Assembly (NCBI GenBank): GCA_965228855.1
Contig: CBDDIJ010000002.1
Span: 2,048,001-2,112,000, forward strand
From: Candidatus Obscuribacterales bacterium
GTDB taxonomy: Bacteria > Cyanobacteriota > Vampirovibrionia > Obscuribacterales > Obscuribacteraceae
DNA length: 64,000 nucleotides
Reading direction: 5' to 3'
The notes under the pieces are model-generated. The model worked only from the letters and a program-made list of their open reading frames with translations, was not told the origin of the DNA and ran no database searches. Made by a program: the position numbers and the translations under genes. Positions 59,790 to 64,000 of the stretch are shown here, piece by piece. The first letter of the stretch is position 1; the number at the start of each line of letters is the position of its first letter.

Positions 59790-60518
59790 ATGAAAGGCAC
59801 TTTGATCGTAACGCTAATGGCGCTTGCAGCGGCCAGCTTTTGCCACCGAAAGCTTACCGACCACGTTCCTCTCGAAATAGGATCACGCACGGAACAGCTC
59901 ATACCAAGTGCGTCCGCACTAAAGTTGATTTCGGGTGGCTTCGAGCAAGTTCTTTGCGATTTCTATTGGTTAAAATTTGTTGGTTATATCGGCGATACAA
60001 CAAACTTGAATGTCCAAAGTGATTTGCCCTGTAACTACCTAGAGCTGATAACCAGTCTCGATCCTCACTTTACGCAAGCATATTGGTTTGCTTTGTTCAC
60101 ATTAAGTGCTGACCAAGGAAATCCTAGTCGGGCTTCGGACATTTTAGACTTTGGGACCAAGAACAATCCTGACAATTGGATTTTTCCTTTTCTCGCTGGA
60201 ATCAATCAACATCTCTATAACAACGATGAGCTGAGCGCAGCTAAGTTTTTCAGAATAGCTTCCTCGTATCCTGGAGCGCCAGAGTGGCTAGGTCCACATG
60301 CTGATATTCTGGAAGCAAGACTTCCTCGTCTACTCAAGGAAGCATACAGTTGGTTGAACATCTACAGCACGGCATCGGATGAGCGGTTGAAGGTTCGGGC
60401 CAAGGAGAAATCAATTTTGCTCTGGTGGCGGGTACTAAAGAATTCTTCGGCAGACGTTTACCGTAATCGAGCGAGGCAAGTCTTGAAGGACCTTGGTGTT
60501 GATGCAAACGTACTTTAG
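59790..60518 (+). CDS. Pilin-associated membrane-anchored TPR-like protein
   Basis: DFYWL..VGYIG, ITSLDPHF..AYWF, GTKNNPDNW and AAKFFRIASSYPGAP; directly downstream of the pilin. Confidence 0.7.
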   Translation: MKGTLIVTLMALAAASFCHRKLTDHVPLEIGSRTEQLIPSASALKLISGGFEQVLCDFYWLKFVGYIGDTTNLNVQSDLPCNYLELITSLDPHFTQAYWFALFTLSADQGNPSRASDILDFGTKNNPDNWIFPFLAGINQHLYNNDELSAAKFFRIASSYPGAPEWLGPHADILEARLPRLLKEAYSWLNIYSTASDERLKVRAKEKSILLWWRVLKNSSADVYRNRARQVLKDLGVDANVL

Positions 60519-60562
60519 AGCTGGATTAACACGTTTAGCCATTGCGGTATCACACACCGTGC

Positions 60563-61435
60563 CTATGGCTGGACTGACGGTGCGCTAGAACCGTAGGGTT
60601 GGCGCCACGTCCGCTTCACCTCGCTGTCCGAGGTTCCGAATTCCGGAGCGCTTGTTCCGAATGGATTGCGCCAGGTTCTTTCCGCAGGATTCGCATCGCG
60701 TCCAGTCTCTTGGCGTGAATTGAATCCGTAGTCACGCTCGTATCGAGAGTAATCACGATTGTAGTAATCCCCGCGGCCGCCATTGTTTCCGTAACCGTAG
60801 TCTCGATAGACGTTACGCGGGAATTGCGGCGACGGAGTGTAATATTGACCTGGAATGAGTTTTGCGTACATGCTCATGTTATCTAGAAAGTTGTCTGCGT
60901 CGCCGTTCGGTTCATCGCCGATCGCCAGATGACCGTCGCGATTGACCATTCGCAAATCGCGAACATTCGCCTCGCCGTTCTCATCAATTACCATTGCGGT
61001 ATTGCCTGTGGTGCGGAAGATCACCAGACCGCCTTCTTCAGTTAGTCCGAGACGAACTTCTCGTCCGTAGGAGACCATTACATCATCGACTTCTTTGACT
61101 GCAGCTTGCAAGGTTTCTCTGTCTGACGAAAACGCCTTAACGACCTGCTGCAATGACTCCAGGTCATCGTTCAAAATTCCTTCTTGAATGGCGGTGGCTG
61201 CGAGCTTCTGCATCGTCGGCATATCTTGCTTTTCAAGCCCGAAGCGAATGTTTTCGTCGTCAAAGATCATCATGTCCGGCAACACTTTGCCGGCGTTTTC
61301 ATCATAGGGGTATCGTCTTTGCGCCATCGAACTCGTATCTTGAGCGCTGAGGTCTACCTGGAAGTCCGGAGTAATCCACTCACCGTGCCCGGTTTTGTTG
61401 TCGCCGCCATTGGAGTATTCAAATGTCTCGACCAT
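60563..61435 (-). CDS. Hypothetical acidic protein with Tyr/Arg/Gly-rich tail
   Basis: ATG 61435 with a GAGG RBS. C-terminal duplicated motif RTWR(N/Q)P(F/Y)G(T/S)SAP. Confidence 0.6.
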   Translation of the reverse strand: MVETFEYSNGGDNKTGHGEWITPDFQVDLSAQDTSSMAQRRYPYDENAGKVLPDMMIFDDENIRFGLEKQDMPTMQKLAATAIQEGILNDDLESLQQVVKAFSSDRETLQAAVKEVDDVMVSYGREVRLGLTEEGGLVIFRTTGNTAMVIDENGEANVRDLRMVNRDGHLAIGDEPNGDADNFLDNMSMYAKLIPGQYYTPSPQFPRNVYRDYGYGNNGGRGDYYNRDYSRYERDYGFNSRQETGRDANPAERTWRNPFGTSAPEFGTSDSEVKRTWRQPYGSSAPSVQP

Positions 61436-61556
61436 GGTAATCGTGCCTCTTATAGAAACTGCAACCATGCAATCGCTTTCGGTTGCTATTAACTTGGGAC
61501 TCACCCCTCAAGCATCCTAAATAGAATTTATGACAATTTTGAACCAGCGCGAAGTC

Positions 61557-62600
61557 TCATTCGCCGATATCGATGCCGGCGGCGCTGGTGAATTTTGTTT
61601 CGATTACCGCGTTGGGGAGCGCCTTTCGCAAGGTTGCGACTCCCGCCGGTGTGATGTTCTTACAATTATGGATGCGTAGATTTCGAAGATTTTTCAGAGC
61701 CTTCAGGTGTTCTAAACCGCTGTCAGTGAAAATATTCGAGTCAATTTCTAATTCGTGTATCGATGTCATCTGACTCACTTCTCTCAAACATTCATCTGTC
61801 AAATCACATCGCCGCATGTTCAATTTGTATAGGCGTTTGAGATTTTGCAGATTTCGTAGTTGTTTCGGCGTGACGTGCGCGATTTGTCCGACATCGAGAA
61901 TAGTAAGTGCTGAAACTTTTCCGATGTCCTCGAAAGAATCTCCGGTGGTCGGACATCCCATCACGGAAAGAGTAACTAGATTTTGATTTTTGCAGATTGT
62001 CTTGATACCAATGGCGGTGAGATCGGTTTCACTGATGTTCAGCCCGGTAAGCTTCGTAAGCTTCAATAACTCTTCCATATTCTCGTCTTTTATCGGATCG
62101 CGAGCCAACCCCAGGGTGTTTAGAGTCCCAATCTTGGCGATATACGGCAGACTGTCGCTTGTGAGATCTGTGCCTTCGATTGCGAGAAACGTCAGCGGAA
62201 GTTTTGTGATATGCCGAAGCCACTTATCTTTGGCATCACAATCAACAAGCTGTAGTTTAGTCAAAGTTTTTGATCGACCAAACTGTTTAAAAGCCTCTTC
62301 GGAGAAGGAAAAATTATTGTATTTGGCTTCCGTGCGATTCGGGTCGTGTTCGAAATCTGCTTTCGCTTGCTCGTCGCATTCGTTCTCTTTTGGGTAGAAA
62401 GTGTTTACGGGACTTGTCTCTACCCTTGTATCTCTGACTTCTTTGACATGCTGTTCGGATTGATCCAGCAACTGAAGGGTCGTGTATATCAGTGCGGCAA
62501 GAATCGCCAGCGCAATTCCGACGAGCACAACGAGATCCATTCGCCCTTTAAGCTTCATTCGATTGAAACCAACACCACAGTCACAAGAGGAATGTACCAC
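61557..62600 (-). CDS. Membrane-anchored leucine-rich repeat protein
   Basis: TM helix, then LxxLxLxx(T/C)x(L/I)TD repeats of about 24 aa. Start may be 62540. Confidence 0.85.
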   Translation of the reverse strand: MVHSSCDCGVGFNRMKLKGRMDLVVLVGIALAILAALIYTTLQLLDQSEQHVKEVRDTRVETSPVNTFYPKENECDEQAKADFEHDPNRTEAKYNNFSFSEEAFKQFGRSKTLTKLQLVDCDAKDKWLRHITKLPLTFLAIEGTDLTSDSLPYIAKIGTLNTLGLARDPIKDENMEELLKLTKLTGLNISETDLTAIGIKTICKNQNLVTLSVMGCPTTGDSFEDIGKVSALTILDVGQIAHVTPKQLRNLQNLKRLYKLNMRRCDLTDECLREVSQMTSIHELEIDSNIFTDSGLEHLKALKNLRNLRIHNCKNITPAGVATLRKALPNAVIETKFTSAAGIDIGE

Positions 62601-62639
62601 GATTAATCGAGGACTCTCTTGGGTGTTGCGTTATGCGAA

Positions 62640-63680
62640 TTATCGTCTATTGAATAGACGCGGAAATAGTCGCTGTCTGTGCTGTGTATGATGATGTTGT
62701 TCTTGTTGCTGCGCAGCAGGTTTGGTTTGCTGCGGCGCTATTTCTGATAGTTTAGCCGCCAACTCGACCGCGCTGGACGCAGCGGTCATGTCTCCCGTCA
62801 GGGCGCTGCCATTCGTTAGGTCGCTCGGAATCTGAATCTTGGACGCTTGATCTGATTGGTCAAGCCCGGAAGCTGCGTTAATCTTTTTCATCATCTCTAG
62901 TACCGTGCCCGCCTCAGGGTTCGGCGGACGCGCTTCGGATTTAGCCAATGGTGAAGCGGTCAGATGCTTATCCGCTGGAGCTTCCGGTGCTACGCTCTGT
63001 TTAGGCATGTCAGCAAGGATTTTATGTGCATCTCCTTGGGCGGCGGCGTTGCCTACAAACCCGATCTTTTCGAGCGAACTTGAAGGTGGTGGACCGCTCA
63101 TAGGTTCGGGACGGGAGCCTTCCGACGGGGGCACAGGCGGTTTCAAAGGACTATGGAGGCCTATCTGCTGATGGTCAAGTTGACTTAAAGAGCTCTGTGG
63201 ACTGATCCGAGGGGCTGCGGCGTCGATAGACGGTGGCGATGGTGCGGGAGCCGGTGACGGAGGCAATCCTGGTCTTGCTGGTGCCGATTGCGAATGAATA
63301 TCGTGACCTATATGCTGATGATCAAGTTGACCGACAACGCTCTGCGGGTCGAACCGAGGAGCCGCTGCGTCGAGCGATGGTGGCGATGGTGCAGGAGCCG
63401 GCGGTAGTCCTGGTCTTGCGGGTGCCGGCGGCGCTGTGGCTTCTGTTCCACTTGTGACAGCGGATGAATCTGATTGTGTTCCTGCTCCAGAACCATTCAT
63501 GTCTATTTGTAGATTCGGCAGATCCGCTGTGACGCTGTTGCTGTCGCGATTCATCGCCAGAGAACTGTCTTGACGACTAGTCATGTCGACGGCGGTACCG
63601 AAAGTGGTGCCACTATCCGACGAGGCGCGCGCGACGTCCGCATCGCCCGCAGCCGCCGCAGGTGAAACTTCTTTTGTCAT
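62640..63680 (-). CDS. Pro/Ser/Ala-rich low-complexity hypothetical protein
   Basis: 346-aa ORF with a GGGGAG RBS and an internal duplication. Confidence 0.65.
   Translation of the reverse strand: MTKEVSPAAAAGDADVARASSDSGTTFGTAVDMTSRQDSSLAMNRDSNSVTADLPNLQIDMNGSGAGTQSDSSAVTSGTEATAPPAPARPGLPPAPAPSPPSLDAAAPRFDPQSVVGQLDHQHIGHDIHSQSAPARPGLPPSPAPAPSPPSIDAAAPRISPQSSLSQLDHQQIGLHSPLKPPVPPSEGSRPEPMSGPPPSSSLEKIGFVGNAAAQGDAHKILADMPKQSVAPEAPADKHLTASPLAKSEARPPNPEAGTVLEMMKKINAASGLDQSDQASKIQIPSDLTNGSALTGDMTAASSAVELAAKLSEIAPQQTKPAAQQQEQHHHTQHRQRLFPRLFNRR
63160..63426 (-). repeat. Two imperfect in-frame copies (about 120 bp) encoding APARPGLPP...SPPSxDAAAPR..PQS...QLDHQxIG
   Basis: Copies at about 63160..63286 and 63307..63426. 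Confidence 0.8.
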
Positions 63681-64000
63681 ATTAACTAACTCCCCAGCAA
63701 GTTATTCAGACTACGAAATATGAAATTGTTGGTAGTAAATTCTGTGATACTCAGTGATCACAATTTAGCTGGAAGTTGTGAACTTTTGGTTGCTAATATC
63801 AGAACCCGCGAACTGAAACCCTCAACCGTGCCAATCCGTTTGTTCAAACTCCCTAAACTCAATCCGGCAAGTCCTATGCGGATTTAAAATGCATCTCTGA
63901 TGGGTAGACATATTAATAAGGTAAAAACGCATCCATCCGATAATTATCTCCTCTTATGTCATTAGAGCACTATTCTGACCTTTTCAAGGCGTTCGCGTCC

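Overview
Chromosomal, gene-dense window (GC roughly 50% by eye) with no phage, integrase, transposase or CRISPR array. Gene content suggests non-photosynthetic Cyanobacteria relatives (Vampirovibrionia/Melainabacteria, Obscuribacterales-like); this is inference from a cyanobacterial-type DprA-like protein, TMEM14, DUF6088 and expanded Ser/Thr kinase, TPR and LRR families. Housekeeping genes include selB, ndk, pcrA/uvrD, mraY, tRNA-Phe(GAA), two GT9 heptosyltransferases, a DegT aminotransferase, an LCP protein and a type IV pilin. Two loci stand out. (1) 12.3-17.15 kb: a PP2C / YegI-like kinase / nicotinamidase / vWA operon, i.e. a TerY-P triad with an NAD-salvage enzyme inserted. Its predicted sigma70 promoter (TTGACA-17-TATCGT) is overlapped by a 21-bp GT-N7-AC palindrome of the NrtR type. 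(2) 2.1-10.9 kb: a divergent envelope locus with a probably exported atypical AMMECR1 protein, a thioester alpha-2-macroglobulin and VanW on one side, and a Tat-motif transpeptidase-only PBP plus SpoIID on the other. Also noted: an orphan DUF6088 gene preceded by three 23-bp direct repeats, a histone-H1-like/RHH fusion with a highly structured 5' leader, a 1-bp frameshift in a GT-C gene, and tandem kinase-TM-HEAT paralogs. All family assignments are from motif recognition by eye; no searches were run.
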